This document shows positions 7,468-20,765 of a stretch of DNA of 64,000 nucleotides, piece by piece. Origin of the DNA: Zancudomyces culisetae HAW-14-8. Its lineage: Eukaryota > Fungi > Kickxellomycota. Position 1 is the stretch's first letter; every line of letters starts with the position of its first letter. The position numbers were made by a program, and so were the translations under genes. The stretch lies in the NCBI GenBank assembly GCA_052426225.1, contig JBNJNM010000011.1:5084001-5148000 (forward strand), written 5' to 3'. The notes under the pieces are model-generated. The model was not told the DNA's origin, did not search any database, and saw nothing but the letters and a program-made list of their open reading frames with translations.

Positions 7468-10400
7468 ATGGACAAAGTCACTATATTCGAAAGTGGGAAA
7501 GGAATAAACGCCGAGGACTGGCTTGAGGACTTTCAACTAATTGCGAAGATTAACAAGTGGGACCCTGAGGATTGGGTCGGGTTAGTTAAGTTGTGGCTAG
7601 GCAAGTCTGAAACAATCTGGTATAAGAGGAACAAGAATAGTTTCACGTCGTGGGAAATATATACTAAGGAGTTCAAAAAGAAATATAGTACAGTGTTTTC
7701 TACTAGTGGAGCATGGACCAGACTTGGAACAATCAAACGAGCAGAGTTTGAAAGTCTGGAGGAGCTAGAAATGGAATTGGAAAAGTTATGGAAACAAGTA
7801 GGAATCAAGGAAGAGGTGACTAAACTTGGTTCACTGGTTAGTACGTTCTCAGATGATATTAGGGAAAGACTTTCAGATAAGGAAGGTTTAGATAGAGAAG
7901 CGGTACTTAAGTTAGTGGCTAAGTTGGAACAAAGTACAAATTGTAGGAGGGATATACAGGCAGCAATTAAGAGTAGTAAGCCAACTACTAAGAACGCTGC
8001 TACCCGGTCAGGCAAGTCGGTAAAAGAATTGACTACGGAAGCTGGGCAGTTTGGAGAGTTTCTCAAAACCTTTCAAGAGCTTAGTGTCAGCCTCTTGGAA
8101 AAGTTAGATCAAACGGTTGCTTCAACTAAAAAGTGGGGAAGTCAAGCAAAGGTGGAACGTGCAAGCACATGGGAGTGTTATTATTGTCATGAGAAAGGTC
8201 ACCGGAAGTTTGAATGTCCACGGTTTCAAAAGGAGCACGAGGAAAAGAAAGTCAATTTTTTATCCATAGGTACTGAACCTACTGAAGTAGACGAAGTACT
8301 TATGGTAGAAAAAAGAAAAGCAACGGATGCGGCTGGTCGAGTTGGAAGACCAGCTAAGATTAGAAATACGGGAGACATGGACGCACAGGAGCTTCGGGCG
8401 GAGAGAGTCACCCAACCGGAGTCAGGAACGATTGATAGAGTGAAAAAGTTCAATTTGAGGGAAGAGTTGGAGAAAGTCTATCCAAAAATTAGCATGATTC
8501 AATTACTTCAAAATTCGGAAAAAATTGCACAGGATTGGAAAAACATAGTTGAAGTTTCACCGCAGACCGCCCTAAACGAGATAAGAATCCAGGAAAAAGC
8601 TACTACAAACTGTAGTATGACGGTTGAGATTTACCAGTTACAGTGGAAAGCGGTGGTAGACACAGGGGCGGCATGCTCTGTGATTACTACAGGTGCTTTG
8701 AACAAGATTGGTTTGGAGCCTAACATGAAGAGTTCGCACGTTATTATAACAGCGGACGGGAAACGTCATGAAACTCTAGGTGTGGTGTCAGGTGTACCAA
8801 TTATGATTAGTAAAATTGAGTTCGTAGCATCATTGGTGGTGTTGGGAAATATGTCACCAACAATAATATTAGGTATGGATTGGCTTTTAAAACATAAAGC
8901 CAGTCTAAATCTAGCAGTGCCAGAACTAAGATTACCTGTGGATAGAGCAGAAGTGGTAACACCACTAGTTACTACCAAAGAAGCACATACTGTAGAGGAA
9001 ACCTGGGATTTATATTTTTTCACGGAATCACCAACAGGAATCCAAGGTGATGGTGTAGCAGGTTTAGAGGCCTTGATCCAGGACTATAACGAATTATTTG
9101 TAGATGATATCGACAAGTTAAAGCAAACAAATGTAGCCGAGCACAGGATAGTACTCACGGATAACAGGCCAATTAAGCAAAGACCGTACAGGATACCGTT
9201 TCGTCTACAAGAAGAAGTAGGAAAAGAAATAGATAGGATGTTAGAGCAAAATGTAATTGCACCTAGTAACTCCGAGTGGTGCTCGCCGGTGGTGGTTGTC
9301 CAGAAGAAAAACGGTAAACTGCGCATCTGCGCAGATTATAGGAAGTTAAACGCAGTTACAGTCAAAGATTCATACCCACTACCGATTATTCAGGATTTGT
9401 TTATGGCCTTGGCTGGTGCGTGCATCTTTACTACTTTAGATGCACTCAGCGGCTTTTGGCAAATAAAAATGTCAGAAGAAGACCGAGAAAAGACGTCATT
9501 CGCGTTGCCGGGAGGGGGGAGTTACCACTATAACGTCATGCCTTTCGGTTTGACAAATAGCCCTTCCACTTTCCAAAGAACAATGGAAACTGTGTTGAAA
9601 AAAGTTCTATGGAAGAAGGCAGTTGTTTTTGTTGACGACATAATCGTCTTTTCAAAAAGTGCAAGCAGTCATGTAGAAGATCTTAAGGAAGTTTTAGAAT
9701 TATTAAAACAAGGCCAGATACAGTTGCATAAAGATAAATGCAATATAGGGTTAACAGAAATTGATTATTTGGGTCATGTTATTTCGGGTGAAGGTATTGC
9801 AACTAGTTCAACAAAAATTGAAGCCATTTCAAAGTTAAAGTCACCGACATGCATAAAAGAAGTTCAGTCATTTTTGGGGATGACAGGTTATTATCGTAAG
9901 TTTATTGAAAAATATGCTATAATAGCTAACCCACTAACTGCGTTATTAAAGAAAGGAATAAAGTGGAACTGGGGAAAATCTCAAGAAGAAGCATTTTTAG
10001 AGTTGAAAAAAGCGATGACGGAAGCCCCAGTGCTTGCGCACCCAAATTGGGATTATTCTTTTGTGGTTACGACGGACGCTGCAGTTAGTGGAGTTGGAGC
10101 AATACTATCACAAGTTATTGAAGGAAAAGAAAGACCAGTGGAGTATGCAAGTAGAACAACCAGTAATGCAGAGAAAAATTATTCGATCAGTCACTTGGAG
10201 GGGTTGGCGGTTGTCTGGGCCGTTAAAAAGTTTAAGTTTTATTTATATGGTAGGAAGTTTGTAATAAAAACCGATCATAAAGCATTATTAAATATGTTTA
10301 ACGGCGAAGAATTAAGTGGAAGGCTAGCTAGATGGGCTATGTTTCTTAGAAGTTACGAATTCGATATAGAGCATATACCAGGGAAGGTCAATCCTGCTGA

Positions 10401-11766
10401 CCATTTATCTCGAAGTAGTCTGATAGAAACAACTGAGGAAGAATCAATTGAAGTCTACAACATTTGGGTAAACGAAGAAAATTTAGTTAGGCAATTTTTA
10501 TTAGATGGAACACTGCCACAAGACGTTTCAGAAGAGTTAGCTGAAAAAATAAAGAAAAAATCTAAGTCATACAAGCAGGTGGATGGCAAAATATACAGGT
10601 GGGTTAAGGGACAATTAAAAGAAGTTTTGACGGCTGAAGAGAGTATAGATATGATCAAGAAGGTTCACGACGATACACACGAGGGTATCGAAAACACTTG
10701 GGTAAGAGTAAGCAGAAATCATTATGCTAAAGGATTGTACAAGCAGGTAGTGGACTATGTTAAGCGGTGTCATGTTTGTCAAGTTTTCAAGGATGGAAGA
10801 AGTCGTAAACACCCGTTGGTACCAGTGCATGCAGTCAAGCCGTTCGAAATATTCGGTATGGACGCTATCGGTCCTATCAATCCTATTTCAGAGTCAGGAA
10901 ATCGTTATATTCTAACAGCTATAGATTATTGCACGAAATGGCCGATAGCCATTCCCGTAGACAACTTGTTAAGTGAAACTATAGTAGACTTTATAATAAA
11001 CAATATCGTTACTTACTACGGTGTACCACAGAAGATAATAACAGATAGGGGTTCGAGCTTTGTCAGCAACGTTACTACCGAGGTATTCAACTGGTTACAG
11101 CTGGACCACAGTCCTACCACTTCATACCGTCCGCAGAGCAACGGACAGTGTGAAAGATTGAACAAGACGTTAGTAAATTTGTTACAGAAGATATGTAGGA
11201 AAGACAAAAATAATTGGGATCGTTACCTGTGGAAGGTGTTACTCATCATGAGAACTATGGAGAGCAAGAGTACTGGTTATACACCCGCCGAGATGATGTA
11301 CGGAACCGAAATGTGCATTCCCTCGACTTGGAAATCTAATGGTGTAATTGAAGATGAAGTTGAACAAGTTAAAAGTAGATTGGAGCTAATGAAGAGTAAC
11401 TTACCGCAAATAAGAAAAAATCGGGGTTCGCAAAGCTGTAGCAGCAAAAGAATCTGAAAAAAGTAAGATATAATAAAACCGTTAAATTTACAAAATTTCA
11501 AGTTGGAGAAAAAGTGTTAAAGTTAGTAGAGTATGAAAGAGGAAAGCTTGAAAGTTTATGGGAAGGCCCATATACAGTTATGAAAAGGTTTACTAAGGGG
11601 GCTTACTTAATCTCAGATCAGTTCGGAAATAGAGATTTAGTCAACGGAGACTTGCTAAAGAAGTACCATGAATCTAAATTTATGATTCCCCGAAATTTCA
11701 AATCGACTTCGACCTAAGTTACTTACCTTTAAACAGGCTCAAAATAATGAGGGCATTATCGCCTAA
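7468..11766 (+). CDS. gag-pol: Single-ORF gag-pol of B1, with three +1 homopolymer insertions in the integrase C-terminus
   Basis: Matches ORF 46363-50658 except for T6I, one synonymous change, and extra bases in the A-runs at ~11415 and ~11457 and the C-run at ~11688. Confidence 0.9.
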
Positions 11767-12151
11767 AGGGGGAGTGCTGTCGTATAGTACAATAGTACTA
11801 TGTTTTAGTTTAGTTTTGTTTATTTTAGTATATTTTTTAGTTCAATTTTATAAAGTTATTTTAGATAGGTTTTATTGGCTAAAATTACGTAAAGGAAAAA
11901 CAATGAAAATTGAATCCTTTAATCGTAATTAGTTTTTTATTTAAGGTTTGGTAGAGTTTTTGTGAGAGTTTTATCTATCAGATTTTGTGGTTCACATTAA
12001 TAAATATTAGATTCTAATCACTCAATATATCAGTACAAGTTAATCTTTAAGTGGTATTAGTTATCAAGGATAATACTTACTTAGAGTTACAAATTATATT
12101 GTTTTTACATTAGGTATAAATAAAATTTCTTTATTATACGACAATCTTGTG

Positions 12152-12222
12152 GCGTTAGTAGTATAGCGGTAGAATAGTTGCCTTCCAAGCAATTGGCCCG
12201 GGTTCGACTCCCGGCTGACGCA
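12152..12222 (+). tRNA. tRNA-Gly(TCC)
   Basis: Acceptor stem GCGTTAG/CTGACGC, anticodon arm GTTGC-CTTCCAA-GCAAT, T-arm CCGGG-TTCGACT-CCCGG, followed by TCACTTTT. Confidence 0.97.
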
Positions 12223-12340
12223 TCACTTTTATTTTTTTTTTGTTTATTCATGAATATAGTAATTTGTTGTGAATGCTATTTTTACTAGCCTAGTATATAA
12301 TGACTACAATAATGTCTATTGTAGTATAAAAGCTACATAA

Positions 12341-12716
12341 TTTTTGCTAGCGAATCAATTACGATTCCTCAGCAATGTTAACTACCAATGAGCGCAAGGC
12401 GGAATCAATAATAATAACGATCTAGGATGATAAAGTGTTAAAACGAGAGCGGACAACGAAAAGAGACATCTTAGCCTTTCTTAACAGAATTAATTTACAT
12501 ATACGTTTATAAACATATTAGATACAATTAGTACTTAATAACTAATATAGTTTACATAGTGTTTATCTATTATTATCAATAATAAATAAAAGTAGTTTCA
12601 AACATTGATAATCGTTAAACAGGACTAATTAATTGATCTAAGGCCTGAGTATAGCTGAGATACACAGTGCTATACCAAAAAATTCAATTACCTTAGCTGA
12701 AAGAATATATCAGATT
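12341..12716. other. Conserved tRNA-downstream element, copy 1 (unknown nature)
   Basis: Shares collinear motifs with 51169-51493: TTTTTGCTAGCGAATCAA, TCAATAATAA, and the TGAGTATAGCTGA..GCTATAC hairpin block. Confidence 0.6.
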
Positions 12717-15000
12717 AATTATAACATCTATATAACACGTAAATTAATTTCTTCTAAAACTGCTATTGCTGTTTTCTCTGGTATCCAAAACTCTTTATAT
12801 TTAACTGATCATTCTAATTTTCCACACCCTCTTAATATAGAACTCTTCTTATTATCGAGTATCTAGAACTGACTAGGTAGTTATCCTCTGAGCTGAGTCA
12901 CATTTGATTCAATATCAAGGTATAGTTTTCGTTTTAATTTTGTTTGGTCTTTTTACATTGGTTATTAGCATTTAAATTGAAAAATAATTTTTGAACTATT
13001 TATTACAAGAACAAGCATGAATTATAAAATACTTGGAATAATCAACTAGTTTCAAAATATACAAGAAAAGACCATGTCTTTTAAAAAGAGTACGAGCGTT
13101 TTGAGAATAAACAAGAATACCGGAATAAATCTTACATACTACATCAAGGCGCGGGATGAGGATTTGGTTCAACGATTCTATATATCAAAAAGTCTTAGTG
13201 GCAATTGGGTCGCGAATTTCGAATCACCTTAACTATTGCGTAGAGAATAACAGTGTTAGCGAGATCGAGATTATCAGAGCAAATGAATTTCAAGTGGCAC
13301 TGAATGCTTTTATTCCAAAGTTCTCACCAAAACAGAGCATGTTACTTTTTCCCGATCGCCCGCTAAAAGGCGAGAAGCGACATAGTGATGCAAACTGTCG
13401 TTTTACCAATTTAAATTTGTTGATCCAGGAAATTGTACTTGTAATTGTTCCTAACAATCCTAATGCACCTTTAACCATTAAGGATTCTTTTGTACAGACA
13501 TTTATACAAACATAAAAAACCAGTGTACATTTGTCAGGCCTATTTGAGCTACTTCAAGAGTGGTTACTATTTTCTTTTTTTATATTCGTTCTTTTTTTGT
13601 CACTAGAAAGCGATATATTCTAAGCACCATTTTGCAGTTCATTTAGCAAAAAATGTTTTTTTATCAGTAAAATAGAATTATTATATACTTTTTTGTTTAG
13701 CTGCCGAATCTAGTTTAGACATATCTGTAGTTAAATTATTATTTATAGTATTTATAGTAGGCCTTGTAAAAGCACTTGGGGGTATGTCATGAACATGACT
13801 GGAAGACCGGAAAGTGATGTCATTCTATTACCATTTCCTGACATCTCTATTAAAAATCATCAACATATAGGGTAGGGTCGATAGCAAAATGTATAATTTA
13901 TACTTGCGATTGATGCTTCATAAAAACTTAAATAACAACATTCTAGGTGCATTACCACCTTCAAGTTATGCTCCTCAGCACTGGCTAAACAAAAGTGTTG
14001 TATTTACAACGAGTTGTGGTTTGCAAGCATACTTTATTTGTTTGAAATTAATTTCACTTTAACACATCTAGTAGTATCTGCAAACTCACTTGACAAAGCA
14101 TGCCAAGTTGATGAGTTGGCCAAACTCCTTTTATTTTTAATACATTAAATGGCGCAGATCAGTGCTAGAGTACACCTTTGCCTCAAAGAAACTAGTCTAG
14201 GAATTATTTGCATAATTTACGAAAAAAATAACTGAGTGGGGGGAGGAGCAGGGCAAGGAAGTTCAACAACTCGGCTATTTAATTACAGCATGGCAATTAA
14301 GATAGGTTTAAATTTTTGATGCTAGCCAATAAACGTAAACTAATTACAAAAAAAAGGATTGTGTAGATAAATTTTAGCCCAAGTTGTGTATGTTTATTTT
14401 CGTTTACTGAAACAACAATTAGCCAATTGCTTATTTTGTTTTACTAGAAAAACAAATGCAGAAAGTTTCCAGAAATCGAGGCTAAAATTAACTAAAGAAA
14501 GGAAAGGTTCGAGAACTTGTATAAATAGTTTCAGGGAATTGTATTTTGGATTTTAGAAGCTTGTGAGGAAAAATATTGTGTTGTATATCCTTTCAAATAT
14601 TTTTATTCAACATATCAAATACAACTCAATAGCTACGCACATATATCTTTGGCGAGATTATACACAAAGTCAGCTTTTCCACACAACATACCGAGTAATC
14701 AGCAAAAAAAACTTAACTGGAGCTTTTACCTGCAGCGTTGTATATACTGTATGTACTTTTTACTATCTTATTACACTCCTATTACAATTATTTTCTCACT
14801 TTTTTATTCTTATAACCGACTTGAATTATTTCTAAAGTGATTTATATTCTAGTCTACTTACTTTAAAGGAGAAAGCTAATTTTTTCCGTAAATATTTTAC
14901 TTTAACTGTTTAGAAAAAAAAACATATACAGGGCAGAGCTGAAGCTTTAACTTACATATCATTCGATACAATCCAGAAATCCAACAAAAAAAGGCCAAAA

Positions 15001-16652
15001 ATGAGGTTAACTACATTTGCAACCACAGTATTTTTCACATTTAACCTGGAGTTTGCAGCCAAGATTAGAGGAGATGAGGCACCCAGCAAAGAAGATGCAA
15101 AGTTATATTTTCAACAAGGGGATGAAAGCTTTTCCTCAGGAAAATTGACAGAGGCTATCAAGGCGTACTCAAAGGGAATCGAGATTGACGGAAGCGAATA
15201 CGTGTGGTACTACAAAAGAGCACTGGCTTATACTCAGAAAAACGACGTTACACATGCATTGGAAGATTGTGCAAAAGTTATAGAAATGAAACCTTCTTTT
15301 GAAATGGCATATGAGCAACGGGGACAACTGTATTTAAAGAGGGGTGATATCAAGGAGGCCAAGGAGGAAATATCACAGCTTGAAAAAATAAACAAGCAAA
15401 ACAAGGCCATTAGAGAACTGAGGCGAAATGCGAATGCAGGCGAGGGTTTTGTAAAAAAGACAAAGAGAGATGTGGAGAAAAAGGATTACAAAGAGTGTAT
15501 TAAAGTAGCAACAGAGGCATTGAAGATAATGCCACTTCACGCGACGCTCAGAGCGCTCAGAGCAGACTGTTACCTTGAAGAAGGGCAGGTGTTTGAAGGA
15601 GTGAATGACTATATTCGTTTATTGGGTCTTCGGATAGGGGTCAGCGACAAAGAGAAGGCAAAGGAGTATTTGAGAATCAGCCACCTTCAATTATACTATT
15701 TAGATCTACCAGCTAAAGGTGGAGATGATCAAGACATGTCTTAACCAAGATCCAGACAACAAAATGTGTCTCAAGCAATTCAAAAAAATTAAAAAAATGC
15801 ACAGGAAACTCGATGAAATCGATAAGGAGTACCAAAAGAAAAAATTCAATACACTCTTCAAGATACTCGAGACTCCAGCAGATAGCTCTTCCGGTTTTAT
15901 TAAAACCATAAAGGAAAGCCTAAGCGAAAGCAACAAAGATTTTGGGTTCTCAGAGAGCTTGAAATCAAGATTGATAGGAAGACTTGAGAAAATTGCTGCA
16001 AAGAGTGCAAACCATCTTAAAAAACGTACCCAAGCCTTGACGCTTGCTAAAAGAGGTTTGGAGCATATTCCAGAAGATATCGAGCTTTTACTGGTCAAGG
16101 CAGAAGCCCTGATAGGGTTGGGAACAGAGGATGATTTGAATCTAGCCACACAAACGCTTAGCCATGCTAAAAAATCCAACGAAAATAATTCTTCCGACAG
16201 TCGGAAGGAGGAGTTTGATGGAAAAATTAGAAATCTGGAGCAGGATCTGCACAAGGCCAAAAGAGAACTGAAAAAAACGGGATTACTACAAAATTCTTGG
16301 TGTTTCCAAAGATGCAACCCAAAGTGAGATCAAAAAGTCATATAGAAAGCTGGCCAAAATCCATCACCCAGATCGACACAAGGGTGAAGAAAAAACTGCT
16401 GCTGAGGCCAGGATGGCTGAGATAAATCTAGCTTATGGTGTTTTGGGCAATGAGGAAGAGAGAGCCAAATACGACAATGGATTTGACCCCAATAACCCAG
16501 AAGATGGACAGATGCACCAGCATCCACACCAACACCCAGGTGGCTTCCAATTTGATTTTGGTAATTTCCAGGACCAATTCTTTGGTCATAAGCGAAGAGG
16601 AGGGTTTAAGAACAATTTTGGCGAGCAGTTCACCTTTAACTTCAATTTCTAA
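15001..16652 (+). CDS. ER TPR + J-domain co-chaperone (DNAJC3/P58IPK/JEM1-like), split by two frameshifts
   Basis: N-terminal hydrophobic signal, TPR repeats, and a J-domain RDYYKILGVSKDATQSEIKKSYRKLAKIHHPD..MAEINLAYGVL in a third frame. Shifts at ~15720 and in the A7 run at ~16271-16277. Confidence 0.85.
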
Positions 16653-17527
16653 TGATCATTTTGGTTCACTAGGTCCACTATTGTAATTTATTTTATACGA
16701 GACTACACCTTTTTAAAAATAAAATAATATTTATAGCAACTATCCATGTCCACCCCCCCCCCCCCCCCCCTTTAAAAAAGTATATGCGATTTTATAATAT
16801 GAGTGAGATTTTAGGCTCAGATAAAGTTTTGACTTGAGTATACTTTGAAATATTGAAATAATTATACCTGTCTTTATTACCCTACATCAAGTCAATATCC
16901 TCATTCACTTTATTATCTTTTTTCCGACTTTTTGACGAGTTTAGCGCTCAGGCAGGAAAATATGACAGATAAAATGCTACATTTCCTCCCTTCCCCCACA
17001 CACACAAAATTTTTGCTTGGACCTAGCTTTTAACGTAAAAGCGAAAAATATATCCAAATTTGCACTACAAAAAAACCCCGGGTTGGGTGTTACAGTCTAT
17101 CAAGCCAGCATTCAAGCATACAGTTACACTAATCTCAAGTTTTTGAAATAAGTTTGCATTTTTTGTTAAGTGTTTAAAATATCTCCACACCTTGGGCTGT
17201 CACAAATGCTTGCATTTCTCTTATAAAAAAACACAGGATTGGAAACCCAAGTGATCTCCTCCCCCCCAAAAAATCACACCTACTATTTCTTCTTGGGAAG
17301 AAGGATGGAGACACCTTAGTAGCCCTCCTTTTTATTTCTCCAGCTTTATGCGTTTTAAAAAAACGGGATAAACTTTGCAAACACTAGCAAGTTTAATGAA
17401 TAGTGGTATTTTATGAGGTAAAAGCGATTTTCAATATATAAAATTATTTATAGTACCTAAAGCTAACAATTCAAGCTGAAAAAAGAGACTTGTAGAGGAT
17501 GATATTGTGTCAAACATAAAAAAAATT

Positions 17528-18321
<794 letters not shown>

Positions 18322-20765
18322 TTTTTATATGTACTATTTTCGATTGAATTGATTTTATATTGAATAATTGTTTACATGCAAAAGATCTAGCAATTTTATT
18401 CATTGACATGGGTATGATTCGATATCTTTGACCGGTTCGAATTTTTTCATTGTCGATGGATAAACATTTGCTAGAGTAGTACTGGAGATTTAAATATCCA
18501 AATAATTGTTATACAATAAAAAAAGAAAAGTACCTGTTGCTTTTTTGTTTGATTTTGAGTTTGAATAGAGTAGATCTGTTCAAAATGTTAAAACGATATT
18601 CGATTTTCAGGGGAAGGGGGTGCGTATATAAGAAAAAGAATGGATATGCGGTGATGTTCAAAGCGTCGGTTTAAGATTGTTATCCCAGCCTTTGTCGGTC
18701 AAAATAGCTAAAATGTAATTAAGGTAAGAATATGTAAAAGGTATACAATATTATCAGCATCAAAGCCTGCTATTTATTTTGTTTAATATTCAAAAAAAAA
18801 AAACTAATCTCATAATAATATCATAAAGTGAATTTTTTTATAGCTTTTTACAAATTTGTTTATGTTTAGCATGCTCATTTGCCGTTTTATTTCATTACTT
18901 TTCTTTTTCCTTTTCCTCACCTTGCAAAGAAACGAATAGTTGTATTTAATGGACATCAAGAATTGCCGGAAAATAAAAAAGAAAATATAACAAAAAGTCA
19001 GAGTAATGAAGACAATCAAGAGGGAAAAACGAGGAAATGGACTAATAGTTTTGGTAATACTGAGCCAATGCTTATACAATGGGTGATTTGGGTGATGCCA
19101 ATCAATTTAAAATGATTTGCTGAAATCTATTTGTATTTGATAAGAAATAATGTATACATCCTGAATTTAATAAACTCATCGTGACATAAAAAAAAAAGAA
19201 AAGGCTGAATTTACAAAATATAGGTTTGACAGCAATAAGAAATTTGTTTACCTTTATGGAGGACATAGCCTTTTTTTGGATAAAAATGGGGGTGCTTTAA
19301 TTTTCAAGCAATGATAAACCGAAGTGAGGTAAATTCGTAAGGCAAAGCAATAAAGTAATATAACTGATTTTGAATTTGCTGCAATTAAACAGTTACATTT
19401 TATGGTACATAGTTGATAATAAAAGAAAAATGGAAAGAAAAAATAGAAAGGCAAACCTTATTCATTAGGATAGGCGAGCCCAAACTAAATTTGTGGGTGC
19501 TGGGGCAGGGGAGGAAATGGGATGTGATGCGGCTTTGTAAAAGCGAGCGAATATCCGCAACATAATAGTTGCTCAGATTACGTTTGTAGAGTTAAAAATA
19601 CCTGTCATAAACTTGTTGGGCTTGGAGAAATTAAAGGCTAAAATAAAAATGACGACCCGCCAAATTTTCCGCTCTGCATGTTTTAAAACTTTTATGGCAA
19701 TATACATCAAATCAAAGCAGAAAAAATTCTGAATGGGTAACTTGGAATGTGTATTATAAAATCAGGGCTTAATAATGACAAGTAGCACAAGAGTATTCGC
19801 AAACATGTATTCCCGGTAAAGTTATACAGGCTTGAAGTAGAGAGGTGTTTTTTGGTCTCTATAGGCAAATGAATATTTAGATGTATGGGTATGGGTATGG
19901 GTTTAAGGTTGGCTAAAAACTATGCTAGATCTTGTACCAAGTTGATTAATAAGTTTCTTTACTTGTGTAATATTTCGTATCCATATGCATTCTCTTGTAC
20001 AATTCTTAACATTTTGTACTGGGTTAAAATGATCTGATTGTAAATTCCATAAATAAAACGTAGCATTTCATGAGTGAATATAAATAGCTATTTATGAGAT
20101 TATGCTTAGCAAAAGTTGGCATATATAAATATGTATTGTAATCCATAAAGGAATTTAGGGGGTTTTTTTTTGTATGGGGAAGATCTGCCAAATTACAGAA
20201 AATGGTACTCAAATGTAACCCAAGTGAATCTTTTAGAGGGTTAGGGATTACTGGTTTGTTGTTTATTTCCAGATACAAAAACACTTTGTATGAGTAAAAA
20301 TAAAAAATAAAATTAGTATCGTGTCTAGTAGCAGAGATTGCAGATCTATCTACCTAGGTAGTATGAACGTATTATACATTATGACTATTACATATCTATT
20401 CCAAAGTTCTTACAATAAGGCTAGAAATGTTTATTTGTGATGTACTGTGTTCACCTATGGTTTTACTAAAATGATCAGTGAAGATATAAATGAACTTTAA
20501 TATCTAAAAAACGTTATAACAGACACGTGGCAATCATAGAATTCACCAGTAAACATGTCTAATGAATGGAAACCTTATTGTATGAAATGAGACAGAAAAT
20601 GGGCAGAGACAAAAGTGTGATATCAGATGACCAGGATCTTTATAGCATCAAAGGTAACATGATGCATCCAAGACAAAGTCATACCTGGATCCTGTGGGCT
20701 GTTCATTTGCCAATTGCTTTTATTTTCAAGATATTAACTGAAAAAGAAAACAGCACAAAAAAATA

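Larger units (their letters stand above)
7060..12143 (+). mobile_element. Ty3/Gypsy LTR retrotransposon, family B, copy 1 (B1)
   Basis: 366-bp LTRs at 7060-7425 and 11778-12143 (TGTCGTATA...TATACGACA), PBS 7427-7444, PPT AAAGGGGGAG before the 3' LTR, and 4-bp TSD ATCT (7056-7059, 12144-12147). Near-identical to 45955-51035. Confidence 0.97.

Noticed and set aside
7533-11207. Many antisense or overlapping ORFs inside the retroelements and host genes (e.g. 7533-8066, 15706-16317, 37430-37960, poly-Asp 43118-43309)
   Set aside because: These are shadow ORFs of real coding sequence on the opposite strand, with no independent motifs.
13074-13515. 119-aa ORF 13156-13515 and a short upstream ORF as a gene or TE relic
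   Set aside because: No recognisable motif and no support from the sequence alone; left uncalled.
16753-16770. Long poly-C run after the DNAJC3-like gene
   Set aside because: Simple homopolymer of unreliable length with no supporting structure.
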